Positions 26,201 to 37,896 of a DNA stretch of 64,000 nt are shown here, piece by piece. Where the stretch lies: positions 3,410,001 through 3,474,000 of the forward strand of contig CM035354.1 in assembly GCA_020137815.1 (NCBI GenBank), given 5' to 3'. Every line of letters begins with the position of its first letter. Position 1 is the first letter of the stretch. Made by a program: the position numbers and the translations under genes. Under the pieces are notes generated by a model. It had not been told where the DNA came from, made no database searches, and saw only the letters and a program-made list of their open reading frames with translations. The DNA comes from Hormiphora californensis (lineage: Eukaryota > Animalia > Ctenophora).

Positions 26201-29200
26201 ACAAACAGATTGCTGCTGCACATGTACATTGTACACGTCACAGCAGCGCCTCTTCTCTCTCTCTCTCTCTTGGAGATTATTGCACAACTGGGTTACATAC
26301 AAGATACATACAAGATTGGTATAAACGATATGGATATATTCACATTCATTTCGTACAGCTTCAAGGTGTACATTGTACACGTACATTCGTCATTCCTAGG
26401 TATAATACATGTCGCGTACTACGGATAAATATTGCGTACTACGCGTACGGATCTTATTTTGGTAAAAATCTGACGGCTCTCAGAGCATTCCTAAGAAGAA
26501 TAGAATTACCCTGATGTTTCAAACAGTTTCTAACACCCTGCTGCCTACTTCCCTGCTGCACTGTGGAATAGTTCCTAGTCCAGGACCAGGGCAGTGATTG
26601 GTTAGGACTATGTCTCTTGTTGCTAAACGGGTGCAAAACATTCTGATTGTGTCCCTCAGAGAATCTCTGTACAAACTTCTGAGCGAATTGCACGCCCCGA
26701 ACACTGTTCCCATAACTATCCAAAGGTGGACTCCATAGCGCTATACCCATTCTATCCGGTATGACGATCGTTATCAGCCCGGATACCCCAGATTTGGCAG
26801 GAAGCCCAACATTAAAGGCCCATTCTCCACTGTAATCGTACATGCCACAAGAAAACATGATTGCCAGAACTTGTAGGACTGTTTTCTCGGTGAGGACCTG
26901 GTCCCCTGTGAAGACGTTCCGGCCTCCATTTGCAAGGGTACCTGAAAATATCATGAAGAGTGTCAGATTTTGGAAGTCTCTCTCGGCCTAGAAGAGCGTT
27001 AGAATTTTAGCCTCATCTTCTTGCTCAAGCTTGAGAGTTGACTCATTTAACACTGTGACTCATTGTGGCTCAATTAACATTGTGACATGTTCCCTACCTG
27101 CCATTACAGCCGCAGTTTTGATGGACGTCTCCACAGAGCACATCTGGAAATACAGCTCCATAGTTTCCTTCAGGTCTACATCCTCCCCCAGACACCCTTT
27201 ACTCTTTAGATAGTAACCGATGGCATAGTTCCTGTATGGAGTACTTAGTTACTGATCTACCGAACCATCACAGAGCGCGAAATCAGTTACTGAAACCTAC
27301 ATTATAAGAATCTGAGGGGATCCAAAAAAGGCTAAAAAGGCCATCGGTACCCTGATTTTGGCCAATGGTTGGACCCCCAATCTTGAACAATTGGATGTGT
27401 TATACAGAGTGTCATTTCCTACCTGTGCCCCTTCCCCAGTTCAGACAGATAGACAGCATTGTTGAAGTGAATCCCTCCTGTAAAGCCCTTCACCATCTCT
27501 TGGTACTTGGACATAGCTGCACTAAACCGAGATGACATTGGCTGCCCTGCCTTGTACAAACTCGCCAGAGAGATAGCCCCCGTGTTTATCAGGGGGTTGT
27601 GGGGGATATTGTTTCGACCTGGAATAGAGATATATATTGTGAACTGGGATATGATGGGTGACAAAAACATTCCTATCACGTATTGTTGAGTAACCCCTTG
27701 GCACTCATTACTCAACATGTCTGATGTCACGTACCTAGTGAGATCTTGTTGAATCCATGACCACTTGGCTCCTTTCCAACAAGAGAATGGACAACATCCT
27801 CACCCAACTCATCCAAACAGACCCCATAGAAGAGTGGTTTGGTCACAGACTGCATCGTGACCATGTCATCACTACACCCACAGTCGTGCATTTGGCCGTC
27901 CACTGTACAAATGGCCATGGCCCATGTGTCCGGGGAGTAGAGGGCAAGGGAGGGGATGTAAGTTGTGACCTGACCACCTCGTTCTTCTTTACATTCCTCA
28001 AATATGGCATCCACATTAGAGACTAGGGATTGGAAATCCTCAACAACAAAGTCTCCTTTTATCGCGGCTAGGACGTGAGGGTTATCCAGGACTATGGATT
28101 TGAACTCGGAGGTCGGGATGTTTTGTTTGATGTTACTGTAGCTGTATCTCCCATCTGGCTTACTGCTGACTGCCTTGATGAAATCTGACGGGAGGTGAGG
28201 GGATTAGCAGGGACTAATGAAATCCAGCTGAGATGTCAGTTGGTAGCGAGATTACCCCGCTCCATTTCACACTTTGGTCAGGAAGAACAAGGAACTTAGT
28301 TGATGTGTCAGAAAAGTTTTTCTAGATCATGGCAGGTGCTACCAACTAGCTAGCATCACAAATTCAAAGCACAAACCTCTAAACCGAGGATCGATAAGTG
28401 GAGAGAGTCCCCTCAGCCTCAAATACTCAATGAACTTGTGAACATCCACTGTTTCATTTTCACTTGTATTTGAGTGCAGGAAACTGTTCAGTAGCTGGTC
28501 TTGGATCTCACCCTCGACCTTTGTAAGAGCTCTTTGGTACACCTCATCTGGGTTCCAGTTCTCCTAGAGAGAGAGAGAGGGAGAGTGGTTAGTGGTTAGT
28601 AAGAAGAGGTTTATGGATGTGGTTAAATAGTTAGTTAGTTAGTCTGTTAACTGCTTGGGAGGTGTTTAGGAAAGAGAAAAGAAAGGATTTAATGCTGGCA
28701 TCTGAAAGAGATCAGAAAGATTAAAGCACAACATAACATGTCTCACCTCAGTCACATCTATTGAACTAATTCGCTACAAAAGAAATTGATTTCGGGTTAG
28801 CATTTTAGGAATGTTTTAGTGAAGTCAGCTAATAGCAGTAGATGAAATCAATGATATGCCTTCAACCTTGGTAACGCTCCCTAGTTACCATGGTAACACT
28901 CCCTAGTTACCATGGTAACACTCCCTAGTTACCATGGTAACACTCCCATGCTACCCTTCATTCTCTACAAAATTCATTCTACCTCTGTATTATGTTCACT
29001 GGGGTGCTCGTGGGCAGTTTCTGCTGCTGCCTGCTGTACTAAAGTCCTACTGATCCTGCGAAGTTGGGCTTTCTCCGATTTGGGGGCTGTTTGCTGGGCT
29101 GTAGGGGGGACTTCATCCGTGCCCATTTGCCCGCCGTCAGGGGCGCACGAGCTACAACACAGGGAGTGAAGTTAGAAGGGTAGAGACGAGTAATAAAAAG

Positions 29201-32200
29201 AGAAAAAAGCTGAAATGCGAGTTGGAATATTTTACAAGAATGGACGAATAACAGTGACAACAAGATGTTATCAAACTGACATAAAGAGAAAGAGTTGCTC
29301 TCTTTCTAAGCAATGCTTAGATTGAGAAGGAGAGAGTTGAAGGTTTGGTCGGTAAGAATAAAGTGGAGAAATATTGTTGACAGGAGAGAAACAACTCTGA
29401 ATAACTTGAATATGTTGATATTATGAAGTAAATACAGTGACAATTCTCTTTACCAACTAATATTACACCTAATATTTTATGCAAAACAATGTTCTTCTGA
29501 AAATGAGTATTCACACTTCTTTTAAAAAACTTATTTCAACAAAAATAGTAACCCCTTGCCCATTTCAGCTGTACCCTGTACCCGGCCAACTATTCCCAAC
29601 GGGTACATCCTAAACCCGGAAGCCCTGGCGCCCGGTGAGGAACTCCAGGTCTCATGCCAAAAAGACTACACCCTTACTGTCGATAAGAGAATACTCTGTA
29701 TCTCAGATACACTTTTTACTGAGCCAGAAATGCCATCTTGCAAACGTAAGTAGTTTAGTAGTACAGTTTAGTTTTGTAGATGAATAGAAGAGCAGAGTAT
29801 GAGACATGATTACACTGGGCTATACAGCGAGAAATAGCTGTCCTGTTGGACAACATGTTCATTTCGTCCTTCATTTCCTGATTAGTTGCCATAGCAACGA
29901 CCAACCACCAAGCAAATGAAAATATGCAATATATTACAAATCCATTAAATAGTAGGCATCACGTGACCAAAGTCGTAAAATTTGACCAGTAACCAGCAGA
30001 CAGCAGTCAAGCCACGGAGACAGTGAGATAACAGAAAAAGTTAGTAACACGTTGGCTTTGACCATCGTGCTGTAAAAGCTACGACAGAGAAAACTATGCT
30101 TATATTTGCCTTGCTCGACCCTGTTTCCCTGCGCCCCGGGTTTGAACAAAACAAGTTATCCAGGAGGGTCCCGGAAGTTGCAGATTAAATTCAATTAATT
30201 CACGACCTATAACCTTGTTTTTGTCGTACGCCTGACGTCACCCCGCAGGGTGATCCTACCGGATATAATAAGTAATGCCGAATATTTCTCACCTCATATT
30301 ACCACATCAATAAAGATAAATATTAGAATGCCACGAATTAATCCAACTGTTCAGTCCTAACAATAACACCTCTCATTCTCCTTTCCAGCGGTACCATGTG
30401 AAAAACCTCTGATAGAGAATGGTGTTGTGACAACTCCAGGACCCATTCTACCTGGTACTAGAGTGGAAGTGAACTGTGGAAAGGGTTATCAGCTCACTGG
30501 TCCAGGATACCTAGAGTGTGTCTCCAATGTGACATACCATCACAATGATACCAAGTGCGCTCCCTCCCAGTGCGGTACGTACCTCCCACAGAATATGTCT
30601 GACGGCGCTCCGATCTCGTACACTCAGATCGGGCAGGCGCCGGCAGACAGCACATAGTAGTAGTCTCCAGCAGCAAATAAAGTACACCCCAAACTACTAT
30701 GTCCCTCACTAGGGTTTTGTAAAATTTCCCACGGTCATAACTCCACTCCCTGATGAGATAGAGACTTGAAATTTGTTTTGTAGGAAGAACTCGACATGAT
30801 CTCCTCACAAAACAAATTTCAAGTCTCTATCTTATCAGGGGGTGGAGCTATGGCCGTCTAAAATCCGGTCGCGCGCAGCAAGGGACATAGTAGTTTGGGG
30901 GGACCTTTAATAGCTGACCGTACTGAAACTCTCTAGAGCTCTTTTTCTGTAAAGTTTTCCGAATACTGACGTCTGACCCACCCCGTCCGCAGATGTACCT
31001 AAGATACCCCATGGCCGGGGTAACACAACGGTTATGAAACCAGGGGAAGCATTCAGGGTCGTCTGTGATCTGGGGTACAGACCTGACTGTGATATACCAG
31101 TAACATGTATTACAACTGAGAACTTCCAACCATCTAGAGTACCATCTTGCATGCGTAAGTGATTTAATGTCCTCTCTCCACCACCTCCCTGTAACTGTAT
31201 CAATAACTGTATCAATAAAATGGGGGTTCTAATTTCTTAACCCCCTATCCTTCTTCGCAGCACAAGAATGCAAGATTCCCGAAATTAGGGATGGAATAGT
31301 TACAGGACCCAAACCACTGACTCCTGGAAGTGCTCTAATTATCCAGTGTCGAGCAGGTTACACCCTGACCACCACATACCCAACTACTTGTGTGACTCTG
31401 GAGCAATATCATCCCACCATCCTGCCTCACTGTGTACCTGGTTAGTGCTATACCGGGGGCATGTACTACATTGTACTGTCTCTAATTTATATGAAGTTCC
31501 CAAACTAGTGAACTAGAAAATAGGATCTGAGATCTTTTACCCAGGGATCTAACCCTCGATATAATATGTTTCTATTATAGTTCTCGGCCCTAACCCAGTA
31601 CCCCCTCCTCCAGTTGAGAACTGTACAGTACCCCATGTTACCCAGGGGAGGTACACAGGGGACATTCCTGCCAGCGTGGAGCCCGGTACAGAGATCCAAT
31701 ACACCTGTAACTCCCCTTTAGTACCCCTGGTATCCGCTAAAGTGACATGTTTATCTGGGGCTCACTTTACACCAACCACCCCGCAGTGCGTAGGTAAGTT
31801 GGAAAATCCTGGAGTTATTCAGCAGGATATTCGGAGTGGAATATAGGATTTTGATTCAATTATTATATGACGAATATAATCGTTCTATTGCAACACAATG
31901 ACCTGCGACACGAGCGTCACTCAATAACATGACTTTATCCCTACAGAACCCGGGGCTAGGAGAGAGGAAATATCTCATCTCATCACAGGTATGTTATAGT
32001 CTCGTGCTTCTTAGGGAATAACATTACAACATGCAGCACATAATAATGAATCTCTAGCATACAATGAGCCCCACATGCCAGACCTTTGTAGTGCTACAAA
32101 TTAATTGACTGACCACCACCTCTCTCTTCTTCAGAACCCATTACGCCTCCAACAATCCATCCTGGAAGTGGAGATGAAGGTGGAAATGGCAACCCCCTGG

Positions 32201-33208
32201 CTACACTAGTTGGCATACTACTAGCACTAGTTATCATACTGGTTATAGTTGTCATTGTCTTTGTGGTCCTCATTCGGGATGATAAATATGTAAGTAGTGC
32301 CCGGTACTCGATAGATCAGATCACAATACAGGGGGGTATAGCAAGCTTTTGCTTGATTATTTCATGCCAATCGAGGGAAGGGGGTTACTTTGTCAGTTCA
32401 CGCTCCAATGACCAATAGTTGGATTACTACTGTCTACTAATGAGAGGGGTATCTTATTGACTGATTATATCCAGTATCATGACACAAAGTTACCCAGCTC
32501 GGGATAGCTGTAGAGATTATTAATCTAATCTCCCTCTTCCACCCCCAGAAGAAGATGATATTCGGACTGATCGGGACGGCAGCCCCCTACAAACCCATCC
32601 CCCGTGATATAGAGGTTGGAGGGAGTGTTACAGCGAAACTACGACCAGCACGACCCCCTGCTCCTATAGCCACCAGAAGGGAGAAACCTAAAGAGAGTGC
32701 CGGGGCTACTGCAGAGGTTCCCAAACCGAGGAAACTTGATGTTGATCTGCCGCCAAAAACTGATGAAGCAAAGCGGTTGAAAGTTAGAATAGCCAAGAAA
32801 GACGACAAGTTGTACCCAAAGATCTCTTCTTCTGAATCATCTAGTTCTTCATCAAGTAGTTCCTCCTCATCTTCTTCATCTTCCTCAAGCTCATCTTCCT
32901 CCTCCACCACTAAGGGGTCTACATTAGCCAGTAAACTACAGGCACCCCTCTCCAGCAAAGTATCTTCTCTTACGGCAGTATCTCGTCAAACTGACACTGA
33001 ACTTTCAACCTTTCCTATTGTGAAACCCAAGCCACCAAGGAAAAAGGCCGTTGTGAAGCCACTTAGAGCACCAGTCAGTGAGATTAGTGAGAGTGAATTC
33101 TCCGTACCGGATGACCACGCGTCCGAAATGAGAAAACTAGGACTTGAACCAGATGATTTTGAGCTGAAAATTAGACGCTTCAAACCGACGGGTTTTGATT
33201 TCTATTAG
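10188..33208 (+). CDS. Large Sushi/CCP-repeat type I membrane protein (~28 CCP domains, TM, Ser-rich tail)
   Basis: Signal peptide MILVLWILLIKQCSTS. Exon 10188-11286 encodes 6 CCP domains. Then mostly one-domain phase-1 exons at ~11912-12121, 15941-16114, 16513-16692, 16913-17074, 17334-17510, 17609-17785, 18088-18258, 18457-18636, 19074-19254, 19477-19671, 19829-19999, 20162-20332, 20470-20643, 20965-21159, 21413-21592, 25182-25269 plus 25598-25687, 25747-25917, 29569-29746, 30389-30574, 30993-31155, 31261-31441, 31614-31793. Linker 31947-31988, TM exon 32135-32289 (LATLVGILLALVIILVIVVIVFVVLI), last exon 32549-33208. Consensus C-x-x-P-x-I-x-(N/H)-G...C-x-x-G-Y-x-L...C...P-x-C throughout. Confidence 0.85.
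13670..14785. mobile_element. Probable non-autonomous DNA element(s) in a CCP-gene intron
   Basis: Non-coding block with repeated GTGACGTCAC palindromes, an internal (TA)n/(TAGA)n tract and a GCTAGGAGGCTGAAATTTGG-type motif similar in style to 3631-4352. Confidence 0.45.
14786..15001. repeat. Near-perfect inverted repeat (~87 bp arms, ~43 bp spacer), MITE-like
   Basis: ATTTAGAGCAAAAACTAATTGAAATTAGTTCGCCAG...TTTGAGTT pairs with AACTCAAA...CTGGCGAACTAATTTCAATTAGTTTTTGCTCTAAAT, about one mismatch. Confidence 0.9.
22198..22765. mobile_element. Non-autonomous TIR element with poly-G/poly-C ends and subterminal repeats
   Basis: Left end G(n)TTATCATGGTAACAAATGGTGAC is inverted relative to right end GTCACCATTTGTCACCATGATTAC(n). 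Flanking direct repeat AATTCGA at 22191-22197 and 22766-22772. Confidence 0.85.
23600..23840 (-). mobile_element. Degenerate GIY-YIG (Penelope-like) retroelement remnant
   Basis: Spread across frames: EHQR...IGDIDTSAKSE..CIDWDRA...ENKWQW, resembling the R-x-x-E-H...S-A-x-A-E-H...I-D-W C-terminal part of Penelope endonucleases. Frameshifted. Confidence 0.4.
23952..25025 (+). CDS. Intronless orphan rhodopsin-class GPCR nested in a CCP-gene intron
   Basis: Seven hydrophobic segments; GN in TM1 (GFFGNAIV), NLALADLL in TM2, Cys at the top of TM3 (YCKL), NPLLY in TM7. DRY replaced by SYK. True ATG at 23952, after acceptor TTTTAG at 23926. Confidence 0.92.
   Translation: MALPYTQVALGILSLYALVTTLLGFFGNAIVLYSSFRYNAIHLDSASLVFVQNLALADLLYTVIVLFPSCITYLANDYVLGDVYCKLTAQLSFLPGSANCLLVLTITSYKLKMLITPLLTVSTRAARGFSVGVWLVALSLTFVSLGYKSTSSFNPYAVRCQSSIYSNEDAETLFKILYAIIVTAPIFLITILNCVILVIACQASRKRIRKGILTVAALSGLFIVSLTPFTVSTFMKGEGETVPPFLDLIASHCVFLNTCGNPLLYTITNRRFGRYIRTVTLKGCGRGWCAPTTVFSSTHGASSDRGGGPPETTTTRGYVSGGCVPTLVVTKPEKKEGEGDKPDQSTPASAIQDNSAV
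26454..29126 (-). CDS. GLS: Glutaminase nested antisense in a CCP-gene intron
   Basis: Six exons ~29126-28983, 28563-28377, 28184-27735, 27619-27423, 27231-27098, 26941-26454. Motifs GGQVTTYIPSLA, CTVDGQ, catalytic QSVTKP, VGKEPSG, PHNPLINTGAI, NYAIGYYL, CGMYDYSG, VGLPAKSGVSG, SPPLDSYGNSVRG. Confidence 0.95.
28868..28948. repeat. 21-bp minisatellite (~3.5 copies, partly palindromic GGTAAC...GTTACC)
   Basis: GGTAACACTCCCTAGTTACCAT repeated in glutaminase intron 1. Confidence 0.9.
30678..30910. mobile_element. Palindromic MITE (Kolobok-like ends)
   Basis: CCCCAAACTACTATGTCCCT pairs with AGGGACATAGTAGTTTGGGG; inner arms CCTGATGAGATAGAGACTTGAAATTTGTTTTGT are inverted; right end CCTTTAA. Confidence 0.8.
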
Positions 33209-33738
33209 CTGTTATTTTATTAATTTTGTTTCAGATATTTGAGTCGAGAGTACCAGAGCAGAGTGAGAAATGAGAAGGAGAGAAGGAGATAAAAGAGATA
33301 GAGTTAGAGAAAGAGAAAGTACCTACGTTCCTGAAGTCAGAGGGGTTTATTGATTTTGCATTTCATGATATTTAACATGCCTGTTCCAACTGCCAGTGCA
33401 GTGCCTTTATTTACTTATTCCAGGCTACATTTAACCCTATATTAACTGCTATTATTTTATCGTTTCCTAACCCGTTTCAATTATTGGTTAAGTTGTGTTA
33501 GCGTTTATTGCCCATTGGCATTTTAAAGGACCGTTTCTTTTAAACTGAAACCAAGTAAATGAGTGAGAGGTGAGCGAGGGGTCCTCCCAATTTAAATTGC
33601 TGTGGAAGCGGAGAAAAACGAATGTATTTTTCTATGAACCACCTGTTTTGTGATGCCATTGCTGTAACTTGAATTTAATTGTTTCCCTACACACCCCAAA
33701 ACCAAAGTTGTACTCAGATTTTACAAACTCCAAAAACG

Positions 33739-35447
33739 TCATTTCTTCGACTTCTTGGTACGTCGAAATAGTTTTTTGAAAAACCCTGGCTTCTTCCTCT
33801 TCTCCTCCGTGGTTGCAGTTGTAGTTGTGGGTGAGGCGGAGGGGATCAAGTTCATTTTGAACCCAAACGAAGCACGCCTCTCATCCTCGTGAGCTATTGT
33901 TGCTGACACAGAGGTCATAACGGGGTTCCTCAAGGGGGTTGTTGCCCTCTTATTGGATGGTCTAACTAGGGCGATAGGCGGCATTATCAACTCATCCTCA
34001 CTACTTGACTTCTTTTTAGACCCTTCCCCTGATGAAGATTCACCAGCTCGTTTCAATTCTTCCTCTCTCCTCGCCTCCCTTTCTCTCTTCTTATCCTCCT
34101 CCTCCTCCTGGATCCTCTCGGCCACTAATTCTGGGTCGGTACACGAGATTACCAGGACACCTCCAGAACTCGAATCACCATCATGAACCTGTGTGGGAGG
34201 GGAAGTAGGCGTTGGTTGGTTTGGGGCGGTGGTAAAATTGGCTTACCCAAACCGTAGCAAACAGGGTACCAAGTGACCCTCGACAGGGAAAAACTTCAGG
34301 AGGTAGGGGGTAATCTGAAATTTCGAATTGTCAGAATTTTTCTGACGCTCTCTGTCTCAGGAAACTGGTAGGCTATATTATATCATGTCGACGGAGGCAG
34401 GAGAAAAACAGTTAAACAGACAGAACATTGAACGTTAGATTTGGCAAAAGGACCCCACAACTTACCGATTTTAGTCCAAGGTTTAAATTCTTCAGGACAA
34501 AGTTCTCCGTTGTATCAACACTGTCGGCCAATGAAGAGCTGGTCATTGTTTCGCTCGATTTGGTGACATTTAGCTGGGGTTCCGACTTCTTGATTGGGGT
34601 CAGGAGAGTCGTGTTGCTCGTAGATCGGGGCTTGGTTGAGTCCTTGCTTAGAATACTGATGGAATCATCAAAGTCTGATTGGGAGGACTCTTTCGGTCTT
34701 CCACAAGCTGAACAGACGTAGCGGCATTGAAGCCCCTGACTTGCACAACCGTCCTGATAGAAAAGGGTGGGGTATAGGTCTGGAACTAGGTCAGGGTGAA
34801 TATTTTACAAGACGAGTAGACGTTCACCCCCTCTACCCACTCACAAAAAGAAAGCAAAAAAGATATGACCTTGCTCACCCGAAGGATGTAGAGTGATTTT
34901 ATATCAAGCTTAGGGACATCAGGAATCTCTGAAAATAAAACAAAACTGTGATGGATTGGAATTCGAAATCTAAATGTATGACCTTTTGTGGAGCAAGATT
35001 TGACAAGTAAAGAATACGTTTGACGTATGTGATGTGATACCTATGTCAGAGAGATGTGAGATAGTGACATGGGGTGAAGTTTGGGTGGCTTGGGAATCAG
35101 TAATATCCGGTGGACGAGGAATACACTCTAGTGAACTACCCGTCAGAGAAAGATGGATGGAAGAAAGTGTTGTGCTGTGGAGAACTTCACTCTCGTAACT
35201 GTTGGGGATAAATGTTTCGTAATGGCTCACTTAATTGTCAATGATAATGGGAATGTGAGGAGACATTATAGGATGAATATAATATCATACACAGCACCGC
35301 TGCTGATAATAGTTCAACAAACTAATACCTGATTACAGGGCGGTTCTTGTGGCCCAATTTCTTCAGAGATTCTATCAGGATTTTGGAGACCTCATCCCTT
35401 CTTGACTCAATCCAATCCTTCTCAGCTTCAGTTATACTCATTTTCAT
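33739..35447 (-). CDS. Multi-exon protein of unknown function (Ser/Thr-rich, basic C-terminus)
   Basis: Phase-compatible exons ~35127-35042, 34928-34879, 34754-34466, 34187-33739 (..DGCASQGLQCRYVCSACGRP...KKPGFFKKLFRRTKKSKK*). Putative first exon 35447-35329 does not join in phase, so the 5' end is uncertain. Confidence 0.6.
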
Positions 35448-35874
35448 GGCTGAGTCATCTTGATTTTCTTCTCGATCGACGGATTTTCATTTCATACTAC
35501 GATTTCTTCGAAGATTTTAATAAATGGTTTTCTAATACATACTGGCATTCGTCAGTCGTCACCTTTTTAGGCCAAAAAGTCACAATTTAATCAAGTCAAA
35601 AAGTCACAGTCTAATCATGAAAAGTACCGGGGCCATTTCCTGAAAAGTTTAAAGTAGTGGGGACATGGCGTACCCTGTCCATAATAAACTACACAACCCA
35701 CTAGGGACCTCAGGGGTGAAACGGTGCAGAGCAGCCACTAGACACGGTGAGGTGTGAATCAAGTCATCATATGGTCCCTGTGTGGGTTGTGCAGAAAAAT
35801 AACTTAATCAAACGCCTACACACTAAAAAAATTAATAAATAATATAAAAAGAGTCTCTCATCTCTAATGACATT

Positions 35875-36045
35875 TCACAGGTTGAAGTCAAAATTGTCCA
35901 GTGTTGGTGTTCTTATGGGTACCCTACAACCTCTCAAGCTCCTCAAAGTTGACCTAAGGATGGAGAATCTCAACTTTTGCTTTATTGTAGCCATAACCTC
36001 AGGATACCTTTCGCCGTGTTTTTCCTCAATGCGTACCCTGTCCAT
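35875..36045 (-). mobile_element. 3' fragment of a CRE-like non-LTR retrotransposon ORF
   Basis: EEKHGERYPEVMATIKQKLRFSILRSTLRSLRGCR resembles the C-terminal K-x-x-x-x-Y-x-x-x-M...L-x-F-S-(L/I)-L-R-S-x-x-x-x-L-R-G-x-R motif of CRE-clade elements. Recognised from memory. Confidence 0.55.
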
Positions 36046-37054
36046 GTCCCCACATGCGCGGGGCCTGTCAGATCCGGGGTTTGCCGTTTTCTCAGCAAAC
36101 CAGAAAAAAAACGAACCAAACTGGCAAAAAAACACGCGACATTTTTAAAACGAAATTCTCAATTTAGAGAATAACGCGCGCGTGAAATGCACGCGCAAAG
36201 ATAATCCGCGCAGCCAAAATCTCTCATTGACAGTGTTCCGTTGTAAGAATCCCACAATTAAAAACACCGATAATATGCTTGCCAGCATTGTTGTGATATT
36301 TCCCACAGTCATCCCTGATAAGTGAGACTCACAATTTGGAGGCTAGGAAGATTCAAGATCCTGAGCATGTCAAAGTCACACTACACAAAACTATACAAAC
36401 ATACCCTATTACATTGGTGCTCCGTCATACTCATATTGGCCGCCTGCATAGCCACATTTCACGTCCCACTCCCATGGACATCTGACCCAGAGTCAGAAGC
36501 CGTCAGCCGAAGCATTGCTTCAAAAACCATATCCTCTCAGTACATGAGACCCAACCACTGGTCTACATAGCAGTTCGTTAGGCATTGATGTAGGCAGTAA
36601 TTTAAGTTGTGTAGAAATCAATAAATTATTCACAAAATGTACAAATACACATGACGTCACAACTCATTGTATCTCTCGTGCTCAATCTTTCTCTCACCAG
36701 TTTCACTGCTGTGCGCGCACGCGACCTCCAATTTTAAGAGCCGCAGAAAAGAGCGGTTATCTCGGAATTGGCTAGAGATAACCGGTGAAGAGTGTGATAT
36801 GAATGTCAAGCATGGTTAACACTTCGTTAATTATAATTAAAATTAATTATTAGCATACCACGTGCCCAGTTATAGCCATGTTTTTCAGTCATATCAGCGC
36901 GCAAAATTTCATGCGAGATGTTGAACAGAGTAACGTCTCACTAGAAGGGAGGTCGCCGCGCGTTCAGCAAACCAACTCTCGCGCCACACATTTCTAACTT
37001 TCGGTAGACCCCTCACACACACACTCATCCGATACACAACAGGATACATATTTT

Positions 37055-37654
37055 TCAATGTCCTACATCCTTGATACCCGGTTCCCTAAACTCCCCATTC
37101 TTCCTATACTCCAACGGTTTATAATCAATAGCCATTAATCCCAGATCCCTAGCGGTCTCAATAGAACTAGCTATCATTTGATGGGAGAGGTGACACAAGC
37201 CCTGTCTCGTGAGGCCCCAATATCTGACCAGTGTTCGTAACAAACTGATATAACAGTGAAACATCCTTGTAAGGAGACATGAAGATTATTGTTGCACACT
37301 AGACACCCATCAGCCGTTTTCCATTGCAACCTCCCCTGTGTAATATACTGCCTTAAATCTAGTGGAGCGTGGGATTTACATTCGGACGGCATTGGAGCTC
37401 TGTTCTGCACCGGTTTGAGAGGTACCACCGGGATGTACCGGTCAGCAGTTGGTCTGCCAGGTTTCTCAGGGTCAGCTGACATGTCAGGGACCTCCATCTC
37501 TTTCACCATCTTCCACAGTTCGTTCGTTTGTTTCTGTTGGTTGTAAAACACTTTCCGCCTGTCGGCGGTCTCTGTGATATCGCCGTGGTTAACATACCGG
37601 ATAGATGGGAGATGGGTTGGGACACGCCGGTATAGCTTCTCTTAGGCATATCAT
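37055..37654 (-). CDS. Mitochondrial ribosomal protein mS40/MRPS18B-like, with three apparent +1 frameshifts
   Basis: Removing one base each at ~37639, ~37272 and ~37199 gives MICLRKLYRRVPTHLPSIRY (presequence-like)...GCLVCNNNLHVSYKDVSLLYQFVTNTGQILGPHETGLCHLSHQMIASSIETARDLGLM, an S18-family Zn-binding domain. Confidence 0.7.
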
Positions 37655-37896
37655 CCTATAGAAGGAGAGTGGTTAGGGAAATAGAGGACAAGAGTGATTA
37701 GTTATGAATATTCTAGTGGACAGGGGGGGGGGGCAAGAGAATTGTTATTGGGTTATTGTGACGAGGGACAGAGTCCAGAGAGGGGGTTGGGGATAAGAGA
37801 CAAGAGAAGAGAGAGACATGGGAGACACTCTCTCGGTAAAACAAACACAAATGTTTTCCGATAAATTAAAAAACCAGTAAAATTGTTTCAAGGTTG

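Noticed and set aside
32587-33183. Antisense ORFs over the CCP tail (and similar ones over the GPCR, RPA43, UBA1 and RP genes)
   Set aside because: Shadow frames of real genes on the opposite strand with no independent motifs.
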